This document shows, piece by piece, positions 26,960 to 37,027 of a stretch of 64,000 nucleotides of DNA. Source of the stretch: Arcobacteraceae bacterium (lineage in GTDB: Bacteria > Campylobacterota > Campylobacteria > Campylobacterales > Arcobacteraceae); the NCBI GenBank assembly GCA_963662945.1, contig OY759974.1, positions 2,433,316-2,497,315 on the forward strand, in the 5' to 3' direction. The position numbers and the translations under genes were made by a program. How positions within the stretch are numbered: position 1 is the first letter of the stretch; each line of letters opens with the position of its first letter. The notes under the pieces are model-generated. The model saw nothing but the letters and a program-made list of their open reading frames with translations, was not told the DNA's origin and did no database searches.

Positions 26960-27771
26960 TAGTATAAGATATATCTTACATATATTTTTATTTGTGTAGG
27001 TTCTGTAGGTCGTGGATAATCTTTATAGGCTAATTGAATAGTTTCTACAGTATTTTGGTCAAGTGCTGTATAGTTTGAACTATCAGTTATTCGCACATTT
27101 GAGATATCTCCATTTGGATGGAGAATAAATTCAATGACATTTATACCACTTTGTCTTGTTTTGATAGAAAGTCCAGGATATACAAGATATCTTTGTGTTA
27201 TCATACCGATACGGCTTAGGTTGTTTTTAATATATGTTTTTTGCTCTTTAGAGAAAGTAAAATAAGTATCTCCATAAAGTTTAATATAGTTTTGTGTTAT
27301 TTGGTCAAGTTGTTTTATCTCTTGTATCTCTTTGTAAATCTCTTGATTTTGTTTCTCTCGCTCTTTTTTTTCCTCTTCCATTCGTTTTAAATCCTCTTTA
27401 GAAACAGTAAAAAAACTTTTTAAGTCTGGTTGTTGTGTTTTAGGAACTTGTATAGCTTTTGGCTTTGAAGTTTTTTGTGCAATAGGCTTTTTTACTGGCT
27501 TTTCAATTGGTTGTAAAATTTTCTTAACCTCTTTATTTATAGTTGGCTTTTGTTTTACAATAGGTTTTTCTTTTGGAGTTTCTGGTTTTAGTTTCACAAA
27601 CTTTACACTTGAAAAACCTTTTTTTGGAGATGATTTTTTTTGTACATTTGTAGTAGGATATGTTAATTTCATATTTGCTATTTTTTTATTTATCAAATCA
27701 AATGCAATAAAATGGATGATAAGTGATATTATAAAAGCTGCTATAAGTGTGATAAAAATATTTTTTTTCAT
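26959..27771 (-). CDS. Energy transducer TonB family protein
   Basis: N-terminal TM with SxxxH, K/P-rich linker, TonB_C (YP...G...SS...LD). Confidence 0.85.
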   Translation of the reverse strand: MKKNIFITLIAAFIISLIIHFIAFDLINKKIANMKLTYPTTNVQKKSSPKKGFSSVKFVKLKPETPKEKPIVKQKPTINKEVKKILQPIEKPVKKPIAQKTSKPKAIQVPKTQQPDLKSFFTVSKEDLKRMEEEKKEREKQNQEIYKEIQEIKQLDQITQNYIKLYGDTYFTFSKEQKTYIKNNLSRIGMITQRYLVYPGLSIKTRQSGINVIEFILHPNGDISNVRITDSSNYTALDQNTVETIQLAYKDYPRPTEPTQIKIYVRYILY

Positions 27772-27872
27772 ATTTGGTATTTTATTGAAAACTAGATTAA
27801 AACACTATGTTTTAATTTTGATTTTGTAATGTTTTGATATAATCGCCTCAAATAAAATAGATAGGAAATATA

Positions 27873-29153
27873 ATGTTCGAAAAAAGTATACAAGCTTATG
27901 AAGATGCAAAAAAAGTTATTCCAGGAGGTGTTGATTCTCCAGTGCGAGCTTTTGGAGGAGTTATTGGAACACCAGCTTTTATAAAAAGAGGAGAGGGAAG
28001 TTTCATGTATGATATTGATGGGAATAAATATCTAGATTTCGTACAAAGCTGGGGACCACTTATATTTGGACATTGTGATAAAGATATAGAAAATTCTGTA
28101 TTAGAAACAGTGAAAAATGGTCTTTCATTTGGAGCACCAACAGAACTTGAAACACAACTATCAAACGAAATAGTAGAGATGTTTGATAACATCGACAAAG
28201 TAAGATTTGTATCAAGTGGAACTGAAGCAGTTATGAGTGCCATTAGATTAGCACGAGGTGTTACTGGGAAAAATGACATCGTAAAATTTGAGGGAAATTA
28301 TCATGGTCATAGTGATAGTTTACTAGTTGCAGCAGGAAGTGGTATGGCTACATTTGGTGCTCCTAGTTCTCCAGGTGTTCCAGCTGATTTAACAAAACAT
28401 ACACTACTTACAGAATACAATAATATTGCACAACTAGAAAAATGTTTTTCAGAGTCTAGTGATATAGCGTGTATCATCATAGAACCAATAGCTGGAAATA
28501 TGGGACTAGTTCCAGCAACGCAAGAGTTTTTAGCTAAGTGTAGAGAGCTATGTGATGCAAATGGTGCATTACTTATCTTTGATGAAGTTATGAGTGGATT
28601 TAGAGCTTCTTTAAAAGGTGCACAAGGGATAGTTTCTACTGTTCCAGATATTGTAACATTTGGTAAAGTTATCGGTGCTGGTATGCCTGTAGGTGCATTT
28701 GCTTCACGGCAAGAGATTATGTCACAACTAAGCCCAGAAGGGAAAATCTACCAAGCAGGAACACTAAGTGGAAATCCAGTAGCTATGGCAGCTGGGTTAA
28801 CAAGTCTAAAGAAACTAAAAGCAGATAAAGATATCTATACAAGACTCAATGCAAAAGCGGTCAAACTAACATCTGGACTAAAAGAGGTAGCTACAAAACA
28901 CAACATCCCACTTCAAGTAGATACAAGAGGAAGTATGTTTGGATTTTTCTTCTGTGAAGATGCTCCATCAAATATGAAAGAGGTTGGGAAATGTGATTTT
29001 CCTAGATTTGCAAAGTTTCACAATGAGATGTTAAAAAGAGGTTTTTACTTCGCTTGTAGTCAATATGAAGCAGGATTTATTTGTGATAGTATGACAGATG
29101 GGGATATTGACGCTACTATTAAAGCAGCTGATGAAGTTATGAAAAAATTATAG
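27873..29153 (+). CDS. hemL: Glutamate-1-semialdehyde 2,1-aminomutase
   Basis: [47 protein letters not shown]. Confidence 0.98.
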   Translation: MFEKSIQAYEDAKKVIPGGVDSPVRAFGGVIGTPAFIKRGEGSFMYDIDGNKYLDFVQSWGPLIFGHCDKDIENSVLETVKNGLSFGAPTELETQLSNEIVEMFDNIDKVRFVSSGTEAVMSAIRLARGVTGKNDIVKFEGNYHGHSDSLLVAAGSGMATFGAPSSPGVPADLTKHTLLTEYNNIAQLEKCFSESSDIACIIIEPIAGNMGLVPATQEFLAKCRELCDANGALLIFDEVMSGFRASLKGAQGIVSTVPDIVTFGKVIGAGMPVGAFASRQEIMSQLSPEGKIYQAGTLSGNPVAMAAGLTSLKKLKADKDIYTRLNAKAVKLTSGLKEVATKHNIPLQVDTRGSMFGFFFCEDAPSNMKEVGKCDFPRFAKFHNEMLKRGFYFACSQYEAGFICDSMTDGDIDATIKAADEVMKKL

Positions 29154-29202
29154 AAAGTTCGTCAAGAATTATAGATAGTTTATTTAAAAAGAGGAAAGAT
29201 AA

Positions 29203-29817
29203 TTGTATAAAAAGTTAGTGTTAAAGTCAGTTTCACTTTTTAGTATAATATTCTTATTCTCAGGGTGTTTTAACATAGGTGTTTCTACGGTAGAAACAGA
29301 ATATCATATTTTAAAATATGAAGAATTATCTTCATTTTCATTATTGGATGATGTAGTTATTCCTAAAAATAGTTTTTTGCTCCCTAGGTGTTGTACTGCA
29401 AAACCTTTACAAAATAAAAAAGGTTATTTTAGATCAAATTATCCACCTAAAAAACATTATACAAAACAAGAATTTATTTCTTTTTGGGGATTGCCTGATA
29501 AAAAAGAGATAAAAGGAAAACTTGAATATTGGATTTATAATAGGGGATTGTCTTGGAATGGATTAACAGTTTGGTTAGTTTTACCTATTCCTATTTTAGT
29601 TCCTACAGGTTATAGAAAAACAACACTTATTTTTGAAAAAGATATTGCGAAATATAGTATTTTCGAAACAAGTAGAACACCTTTTTTAGGTTTGTTTATT
29701 CCTTTTGGATATAAGGCAGAGCTTGGTTTTGTTGATAGAATGGATCATGTATTTCGTAAAAAGTTTGAATTAAAATATGAAGATTCTTCAGATTATAAGA
29801 TAGAGAAGATAAAATAA
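29203..29817 (+). CDS. Hypothetical lipoprotein with SmpA/OmlA-like segment
   Basis: Lipobox LFSGC; FWGLPD...EYWIY motif. Confidence 0.65.
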   Translation: MYKKLVLKSVSLFSIIFLFSGCFNIGVSTVETEYHILKYEELSSFSLLDDVVIPKNSFLLPRCCTAKPLQNKKGYFRSNYPPKKHYTKQEFISFWGLPDKKEIKGKLEYWIYNRGLSWNGLTVWLVLPIPILVPTGYRKTTLIFEKDIAKYSIFETSRTPFLGLFIPFGYKAELGFVDRMDHVFRKKFELKYEDSSDYKIEKIK

Positions 29818-30096
29818 GATAATAATTTTAAAAGGTTCCATCAAGTATTTCTAACTAAAAAAAGGGGACAGGTACAATAAAATAAAAAACCTTTCCTTAT
29901 TCTACTCATTTTCTAAAATATGATGAATACTAAAAACTCATCACTTTAAACAAACACAACTAACCCACTTAAAGAAACAATATATATCATTTTGATAAAA
30001 TAATGTATATTTTAAATATTGGAGTTTATTATGACAGCACCAAAACAAGAGGCAAAAAAAATCATTGATTCATTTTTTTAGGTATATAAATTTCTA

Positions 30097-30159
30097 TTAC
30101 TTCGGAATTGCAATAGTAAAACATACACCATCTTTCATATTCTCAACTGATAGTTTTCC
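30097..30159 (-). pseudogene. Remnant 3' end of a histidine kinase gene
   Basis: Minus strand translates GKLSVENMKDGVCFTIAIPK*, similar to GTISVKNNDKGALFIISIPK* at the end of 51681-53813. Confidence 0.6.
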
Positions 30160-30291
30160 ATATATGTACAAGATACTTTATAATAAAAGATTTAAAATAA
30201 AATAGGATTAGGCATAAATTATCTATAAATTAACTGGTTAAAAAGAAATTTTTCTTATATACTTTTTCTATAAAATAAAAAGGAAAATATT

Positions 30292-31035
30292 ATGAGTCAA
30301 CAAATAGATAGTAAGGTAGCCATAGTGACTGGTGCATCAAAAGGAATAGGAAAGCAAGTTGTTATTCAATTAGGAAGATTGGGAATAACTACAGTTATAA
30401 ATTATAATTCAAATGAAAAAGAAGCCCAAGAAATAGTAGATGAAATTATTTTTGATGGTGGGAAAGCTCTAGCTTTACAAGCAGATATATCTAAAATTAA
30501 TGCACTAGAAAAACTTTTTGAGCAAACAATTAAAATCTATGGAAAAGTAAATATTCTTATTAATAATGCAGGATTAATGATAAATCATCCAATAGCAAAT
30601 GTTAGCGAAGAAGAGTTTGATAGACAAATTGCAGTCAATGTAAAAGGGACTTTTTTTGCCTGTCAACAAGCTATGAAACATATGGAAAACAATGGAAGAA
30701 TTATAAACTTTTCAACTTCTGTTACAAGTGCAATGTTTCCAGCATATAGCGTTTATGCTGCTTCAAAAGGCGCTGTTGAACAAATCACTAGACAACTAGC
30801 CAAAGAGTTTGGAGAAAAAGGGATAACTATAAATGCAATTGCTCCAGGACCTGTGAAAACAGAGCTATTTATGAAAGGAAAAACTGAACAGCAAATTGAG
30901 ATGTTAAGCAAAATGAACTCTTTTGGACGGCTAGGAGAGAGCGAAGATATAGCAGATGTGATTGAACTTTTAGTTAGTGAAAAAGCACATTGGATTACAG
31001 GACAAACTATAAAAGTAAATGGTGGGTTTATTTAA
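30292..31035 (+). CDS. SDR family oxidoreductase
   Basis: TGASKGIG, NNAG, YAASK, NAIAPGP. Confidence 0.95.
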   Translation: MSQQIDSKVAIVTGASKGIGKQVVIQLGRLGITTVINYNSNEKEAQEIVDEIIFDGGKALALQADISKINALEKLFEQTIKIYGKVNILINNAGLMINHPIANVSEEEFDRQIAVNVKGTFFACQQAMKHMENNGRIINFSTSVTSAMFPAYSVYAASKGAVEQITRQLAKEFGEKGITINAIAPGPVKTELFMKGKTEQQIEMLSKMNSFGRLGESEDIADVIELLVSEKAHWITGQTIKVNGGFI

Positions 31036-31078
31036 AGAAACATATCATAAAATATGGAAATAGGCAAGGAATTTTCAC

Positions 31079-31960
31079 ATGAATATATTAGATGAATTTA
31101 AAAATATAGTTCAAAAGATACCTTTGGAAGAAGGGATAAATGGAACAAATATTCCTTTTGTCAAAATTTTTAAATCCCTAAGTAGTGGAGAGGTACTTCA
31201 TACTGTCTATGAGCCATCACTCTTTATAATCTTGCAAGGCACAAAAACTGTATTCATAGGAGATAAAATCTTTGAATATGACAGTTCATCATATTTTGTC
31301 TCTTCAACTTTTTTAGCAGTATCAGGGAAGATTATCCAAGCAAGTCCAAAAGAGCCTTTTCTATCTATACAAATACTCTTTACCCAAGAGCAAATTTTTC
31401 AGGCTCTTGAGGAGTTTTCTATGAGTTTGAATAAAGTAGATACTACAAACTTTTCTGCTTCAACGTACTATTTAGACGATGATTTAAAAGGTTCTATTTT
31501 AAGACTAGTAAAATTGAATGATAGACCAAATGATATAGAGGTATTATCAAAGATATATCTAAAAGAGATACTCTATCGACTCCTAGTGTCAAACCAAAAT
31601 ATAGAGTTACAACAACTAGCTTTCATAGAAAGCAACTCATATAAAATATCAAAAGCAATCTCTTTTATAAATCAAAATCTTCACGAAGCTTTTTTGATAG
31701 ATGATATAGCAAAATCAGTCAATATGAGTATCTCCTCTTTTCACAAACATTTCAAAACTATCACAGGTATAAGCCCACTTCAATACGTAAAAAAACTTAA
31801 ACTTTTAGAAGCAAAACGATTGATGACTTTAGAAAATATGGATATAGAAGGAGCTTCTTTTTATGTTGGTTATCAAAGTACTTCTCAATTTTCTAGGGAG
31901 TATTCAAGTTATTTTGGAATGGCTCCAGGTAAGCATAAAAAGCTTTTGAAAACTGTTTAA
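31079..31960 (+). CDS. AraC family regulator (YqhC-like, AraC_N domain)
   Basis: YEPSLFIILQGTK, MSISSFHKHFK..SPLQY, VGYQSTSQFSREY. Confidence 0.93.
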   Translation: MNILDEFKNIVQKIPLEEGINGTNIPFVKIFKSLSSGEVLHTVYEPSLFIILQGTKTVFIGDKIFEYDSSSYFVSSTFLAVSGKIIQASPKEPFLSIQILFTQEQIFQALEEFSMSLNKVDTTNFSASTYYLDDDLKGSILRLVKLNDRPNDIEVLSKIYLKEILYRLLVSNQNIELQQLAFIESNSYKISKAISFINQNLHEAFLIDDIAKSVNMSISSFHKHFKTITGISPLQYVKKLKLLEAKRLMTLENMDIEGASFYVGYQSTSQFSREYSSYFGMAPGKHKKLLKTV

Positions 31961-31991
31961 ATAGAGTCTTAATAAAGGACTCTTATTTAAT

Positions 31992-32825
31992 TTAAAAATC
32001 AGTACTTAAGATTAACTCTTTATTTTTTTCTAATGCTTGCTCTATGGTATCTATTTTATCTTTTGCATAAGAGTATGAATCAGAACCTAAAAAAAGATGG
32101 AAAGGAACCTCATCTAATAAAGATACTCCATAAATTACTTTTGCAAGTTTTTCTGGATTGCCTGGTTGATTTTGATTGATATTATCTTTGTGCATTGTAA
32201 TCATTTTTTTAGCTTCTTTATAATCTAAAATCTCATTTGCAGGAGCTTTCATTGAGGTGGATTCTAAAAAGTCTGTTTTAAAATAACCTGGATATACTAG
32301 TGTTACCTTTATACCAAACTCCTCCACATCGGCTTTTAAACCTTCTGTTAATCCTGCAACAGCAAATTTAGTAGAACAATAAATACTAGAACCAGGAAAA
32401 GTACCAATAAAACCACCAATACTTGAAATATTGAAAATATGTCCAGATCTTTGTTTTCTCATGATTGGTAAAACTGCACTTAGTACATTAAGTAATCCAA
32501 AAACATTTATGTTAAAATTATCTTGTATTTCAATTTCAGTAAGTTCTTCTACAACGCCAAATAAAGCATAACCTGCATTGTTTACAAGAACATCAATCCT
32601 ACCAAATTTTTCAATTATTTGATTAACTGAAATCTCAATATCTTTTCTATTTGATAAATCAACTTTTAGTGGTAAAAAATCGACATTTGTATTTAAAGAG
32701 TTATCTATCTTATCCACATCTCTGGTTGTCCCCACTACTATATGACCTTCATCTAAAAAATATTTTGCCATTTGATAGCCTAAACCTTTAGATACACCTG
32801 TTATAAAATAAACTTTTTTATTCAT
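31992..32825 (-). CDS. SDR family oxidoreductase
   Basis: TGVSKGLG, VNNAGY, YCSTKFA, PGYFKTDF. Confidence 0.95.
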   Translation of the reverse strand: MNKKVYFITGVSKGLGYQMAKYFLDEGHIVVGTTRDVDKIDNSLNTNVDFLPLKVDLSNRKDIEISVNQIIEKFGRIDVLVNNAGYALFGVVEELTEIEIQDNFNINVFGLLNVLSAVLPIMRKQRSGHIFNISSIGGFIGTFPGSSIYCSTKFAVAGLTEGLKADVEEFGIKVTLVYPGYFKTDFLESTSMKAPANEILDYKEAKKMITMHKDNINQNQPGNPEKLAKVIYGVSLLDEVPFHLFLGSDSYSYAKDKIDTIEQALEKNKELILSTDF

Positions 32826-32930
32826 TGTATTTCCTTAATATGTATTTTAAATAATAAAGTAAGTATATTTAATCTATAAGCAGATGTAAATACATATTTC
32901 TATGAACTTCTTGCCTAATTCTATATCTAC

Positions 32931-33158
32931 ATGAAGTTTTTTTTGATAGATGATATTGCAAAATCAGTCAATATGAGTATCTCCTCTTTTCACAAGTACT
33001 TTAAAACTATTACGGAAATTAGCCCTTTACAGTACACAAGAAAACTAAAACTCCAAGAAGCAAAACGATTAATGAACTTAGTAAAATCCGAGGACAGTAT
33101 ACTAATTAATTTAATTACAAATTGCAATATATTTAATTTTGTATCATTTTTAATCTAA
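32931..33158 (+). pseudogene. Fragment of a second YqhC-like AraC gene (first HTH only)
   Basis: About 32933-33080 closely repeats 31685-31830 (IDDIAKSVNMSISSFHK...SPLQY...EAKRLM); N-terminal domain and second HTH missing. Confidence 0.8.
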
Positions 33159-33278
33159 ATAATGGAGATTCAATGATATGTGACTTTGTAGATTCTAAAA
33201 AAATAGCTTTGATAAAAGAGTATTGCCATTAAGTGACTTTAATCTGATATTTAAATATTAAGTGTATATAATGTTTAT

Positions 33279-34415
33279 ATGAAAAATATAGACAAAAACA
33301 TTATCGCTTTGGGTTGGGTGAGTTTTTTTACCGATATGGCATCTTCTATGGTCACGATTTTGCTTCCTATTTTTGTTGTGTATATACTCAATGAAGGGGT
33401 GGATATGCTTGGTGTTATCATAGCTATTGCCACTTTTGCATCATATATATTTAGAATACTTTTTGGGTACCTAAGTGACAGATATAAAATCGTCAAACCT
33501 TTTGTGGTTTCAGGCTACCTTATCTCAGCCATCACTAAACCACTTTTGGGTTTTAGTGAAACATTTTCAAGCGTAGCATTTTTAAGAGCCTCTGAAAGAT
33601 TAGGAAAAGCAGTGCGAAGTGCATCAAAAGATTCACTTATAAGCACTTATGCAAAAGAGAACTCTCATGGCAAAACATTTGGTTTTCATAAGATGATGGA
33701 TATAGCAGGGGAACTTAGTGGTGCAATCATTATATTTATCCTATTTTTGTATCTTGCAAAAGATGAAAATACAATTAGACTTATATTTGAATCTACTATT
33801 ATTCCGGGTTTTTTAGCGGTTTTCATAATGATTTTTTTTGTAAAAGATTCACCTAAAACAACTACAGAGAATACAGCTGTACTTAACAAAGAGGACTACA
33901 AACTTTTTCCTCTTTTATTTATCTATTTTGGATATTTGTTTTTTGTTGTCAGTGAACAGTTTTTTATAGTATATGCAAAAGAGGAGGGATTTTCTTTATC
34001 GACCATCCCGCTTTTTATTATTCTATTTACTTTTGTACAAACTATTGTGAGCTACTACGGAGGTTTACTGGTTGATAAAATCGGAAGTTTTAAAATCATC
34101 TTTGTATCTTTTATATTTGGGATATTATCAATACTTAGCGTAAAGTTTAACCTTTGGCTCTCTTTTGCATTTTTAGGTTTATTTACCGTTTTGAGTCTTA
34201 ATGCTATAAGAATTTATATTTCATTAAATGCGAAATCAAAAGCTTTTGTATATGGTGTATTATATGGAGGTGTAGCAATATTTAGTGCACTAGGAGCTTT
34301 AGTTGTAGGTTATATTTGGCAACATTATGGGATGGAAAGTGTTTTAGTATTTAGTACTACTGGAATGATATTTGTAACTATCGTGCTTATCATTGTTTCA
34401 TATAATAAAAACTAG
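33279..34415 (+). CDS. MFS transporter
   Basis: SFFTDMASSM, GYLSDRY, RLGKAVRSASKD; about 12 TM. Confidence 0.92.
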   Translation: MKNIDKNIIALGWVSFFTDMASSMVTILLPIFVVYILNEGVDMLGVIIAIATFASYIFRILFGYLSDRYKIVKPFVVSGYLISAITKPLLGFSETFSSVAFLRASERLGKAVRSASKDSLISTYAKENSHGKTFGFHKMMDIAGELSGAIIIFILFLYLAKDENTIRLIFESTIIPGFLAVFIMIFFVKDSPKTTTENTAVLNKEDYKLFPLLFIYFGYLFFVVSEQFFIVYAKEEGFSLSTIPLFIILFTFVQTIVSYYGGLLVDKIGSFKIIFVSFIFGILSILSVKFNLWLSFAFLGLFTVLSLNAIRIYISLNAKSKAFVYGVLYGGVAIFSALGALVVGYIWQHYGMESVLVFSTTGMIFVTIVLIIVSYNKN

Positions 34416-34418
34416 ATG

Positions 34419-34447
34419 AAACTAAAGAGTAAAAATCTCTTTAGTTT
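34419..34447. terminator. Bidirectional terminator between convergent genes
   Basis: AAACTAAAGAG-N7-CTCTTTAGTTT perfect stem. Confidence 0.75.
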
Positions 34448-34450
34448 TTA

Positions 34451-35290
34451 TTATTTCACATCATAACATAAAATTCTATTATCAAAAAATGTAGGGATAT
34501 AGAGTTTTTTAGTTCCCATATCGTACCAAATATCAGCTGCATTTATTTTATCAGCAGTTCCATCTATAATTTGTTCACTTTTTGTTTGACTAGAGATGAA
34601 AACTCTTCCAGCCCAATCTGAAGTGATGTAGCTTTTTTCATCAAATGGTAGGATTCCATCTATACCATTGATACCAATTTTAGCTTTAAAAGTAGAGATT
34701 CTTTTGTTTTTTTGATTTACTGTAAAGATTGTTCCCTCTTTTGTCCCTATGATAAGTTGCTCATCTTTTATCCATACACCATTTGGTCTCTCTCCCATTA
34801 GGTTTCCACTATTGAGCCATTTTGTCATATTTTTATTTTGAAGTTTATATATAGCTTTGTTTGTTGGAGAATAATCAGATACATAGATAACCCCATCTTT
34901 TGTAGCAACTACATCATTTAAAAACTCTGCTTCTTTTATATAGTAGTTTTCGATAATATCTCCAGTAGATAAATCAACGACTCTTAGGGTATCTATATCA
35001 CTTACATACAGTTTATTATCATATATAGCCATTCCTTTTGGTGCATCAAAACCTTTTGAAAACTCTAGAGTCTTTACTTTTCCTGTCAGGTCTAAAATAC
35101 TGATGAAACCATTGCCATCTTTATCGGTTGGTTTTCCATTGATATTTGCTACAAAAAGTTGATTGTTTTTATTGTCAAGAAGAACACTTTCTGGCACTTT
35201 TAATACAGGTTCAGATTCCCATACTTTAGTTACTTCTACAGCTGTTGCATATGAGATGAGAGTTGTTGCTAGTAATAGTTTTTTAAACAT
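34451..35290 (-). CDS. Secreted beta-propeller protein (SMP-30/gluconolactonase-like)
   Basis: Signal peptide; PESV, APKGM, FLNDV, PNG, DG, AADI blade motifs. Confidence 0.85.
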   Translation of the reverse strand: MFKKLLLATTLISYATAVEVTKVWESEPVLKVPESVLLDNKNNQLFVANINGKPTDKDGNGFISILDLTGKVKTLEFSKGFDAPKGMAIYDNKLYVSDIDTLRVVDLSTGDIIENYYIKEAEFLNDVVATKDGVIYVSDYSPTNKAIYKLQNKNMTKWLNSGNLMGERPNGVWIKDEQLIIGTKEGTIFTVNQKNKRISTFKAKIGINGIDGILPFDEKSYITSDWAGRVFISSQTKSEQIIDGTADKINAADIWYDMGTKKLYIPTFFDNRILCYDVK

Positions 35291-35407
35291 TATTTACCCC
35301 TTTTGATTTGATAAATAATTTTATCACAAAAATTTTAAAGAAACTTTGGTTTTATATCTTAAGTGATAACTTGATATACTCCCAAAAATATTATAGAGGA
35401 AAACAGA

Positions 35408-36022
35408 ATGATAAAGCATATAGTTTTTTTAAAGCTTTCAGATGAAGGTATGAAACACAAAGATGATATGATAGTGAAGCTAAACAGCTTAAAAGATAAT
35501 ATTGATTTTATTCGAGCATTAGAAGTTGGAGTAAATTTTGCACAAGAGGATAGAGCGTATGATTTGGCTTTAACTGTTATGGTTGATGATAAAGAAGCAT
35601 TAGACAAATATGCAAAACATCCTTACCACTTACCAATTATAGAATTTATCAAATCACTTGGAACTATCTCTAAAGTAGTTGATTATGAACTTCCAAAAAC
35701 AGTTGAGGGTGAATTTAACAATGCAAAAGTAACGAAAAAAGCAAATATCTATTTTGGTGGACAAGTTACAAGTAGAACAGTTATAGATAGTGATGGTACA
35801 AGAAAAACTTTAGGTATCATGATGCCAGGAAGCTATACTTTTGGTACAGAACTTGCCGAACATATGGAAATCTTAGCTGGAGAGGTTGAAGTTGAACTTA
35901 AAGGTGAAGAGATGAACTGTGAGACTATAAAAGCTGGTGAGTACTTTGAAGTTCCTGCAAATAGTAGTTTTGACATAAAGGTTAAAGAGATCACAGATTA
36001 CTGTTGTACTTACATCAAATAG
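35408..36022 (+). CDS. ppnP: Fusion of a Dabb stress A/B barrel domain and pyrimidine/purine nucleoside phosphorylase PpnP
   Basis: N-half MIKHIVFLK...YAKHPYH...VVDY (Dabb); C-half ANIYFGGQVTSR...KTLGIMMPG...EHMEI...DYCCTY (PpnP/DUF1255). Confidence 0.85.
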   Translation: MIKHIVFLKLSDEGMKHKDDMIVKLNSLKDNIDFIRALEVGVNFAQEDRAYDLALTVMVDDKEALDKYAKHPYHLPIIEFIKSLGTISKVVDYELPKTVEGEFNNAKVTKKANIYFGGQVTSRTVIDSDGTRKTLGIMMPGSYTFGTELAEHMEILAGEVEVELKGEEMNCETIKAGEYFEVPANSSFDIKVKEITDYCCTYIK

Positions 36023-36026
36023 GTTT

Positions 36027-36356
36027 ATGATGGAAGAAAATAAAGAAAACATAGAACAAAAAGAGGTTCCAAAACATAGAGATAAGATAGAAGCTTTAGA
36101 CAATATGTCTTTAGGTATCTCTATAGTTGTTGCCATAGCTTTAGGGGTAGGGCTTGGACTTCTTTTAAAAAGTTGGACGGGATATACTTGGACACTTTGG
36201 GTAGGTGTTTTTTATGGTGTAAGTGCAGCGATTTTAAATGTATATAAAGCCTATAAAAAAGCTAAAAAAGATTTAGATAAACTAGCCGATGATCCAAAAT
36301 ATGCTCATCTAAAAAAATATGGTTATAACGACCAAAAAGATGACGACGATAAATAG
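36027..36356 (+). CDS. AtpZ/AtpI family membrane protein
   Basis: SLGISIVVAIALGVGLG...AAILNVYKAYK...LADDPKY. Confidence 0.85.
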   Translation: MMEENKENIEQKEVPKHRDKIEALDNMSLGISIVVAIALGVGLGLLLKSWTGYTWTLWVGVFYGVSAAILNVYKAYKKAKKDLDKLADDPKYAHLKKYGYNDQKDDDDK

Positions 36357-36358
36357 TA

Positions 36359-36883
36359 ATGAATTTTAATACTGTCAAGATATTATTTATAGTTGATTTT
36401 ATAGTTATTTTAACTTGTGTGATTTTTGGTCAGTTTCAATGGCTTTTAAATACACAGTTAGCTTTTGTAAGTTCACTACTTGTAACTATGGGGTCTTACT
36501 ATGGTTACAAAAAAAATGTAGAAGCAAGAGTTGAAGATCATATAAATGACGATGATAACTATGATGAACTAGATAAGATGGATGATAAGCACGATTTATA
36601 TTCTCCTGAAGTTGAAAATATAGAAAAAAAAGAAGAATATACAAAAGAAGAGATAAAAGAGGCTATGAAGCCTATTAAACAAAACTATTTTGCAAATTTT
36701 AAATCAGGTTTTAGTGGTATGGCTTCTTTGTATAGACTTTCTGGATATGTATTTTTAATTATTTGTTTCTTTTTTCTTAACAACAACGGATATTTGCATA
36801 TCTGGTCATATATGTTTGGATTTTTAATAGTTCCAATCGCTTCACTCATTTTAACTTTATACCTAAAAAATAAGAATATATAA
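36359..36883 (+). CDS. Membrane protein typically paired with the AtpZ/AtpI gene in Campylobacterota
   Basis: 4 TM with acidic loop ELDKMDDKHDLY. Confidence 0.75.
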   Translation: MNFNTVKILFIVDFIVILTCVIFGQFQWLLNTQLAFVSSLLVTMGSYYGYKKNVEARVEDHINDDDNYDELDKMDDKHDLYSPEVENIEKKEEYTKEEIKEAMKPIKQNYFANFKSGFSGMASLYRLSGYVFLIICFFFLNNNGYLHIWSYMFGFLIVPIASLILTLYLKNKNI

Positions 36884-37027
36884 TATATCTTTTATTCCAA
36901 AATTAGTTTGTAATTTTTTTAATAGACTAATATCCATAGGTATATACTTCCTTAATAAAAGTTTTAGTTGTTAATATAAAGAATCTTTTCTATATTAACT
37001 TATTTTAAACTATGTAAGGAGTTTATC

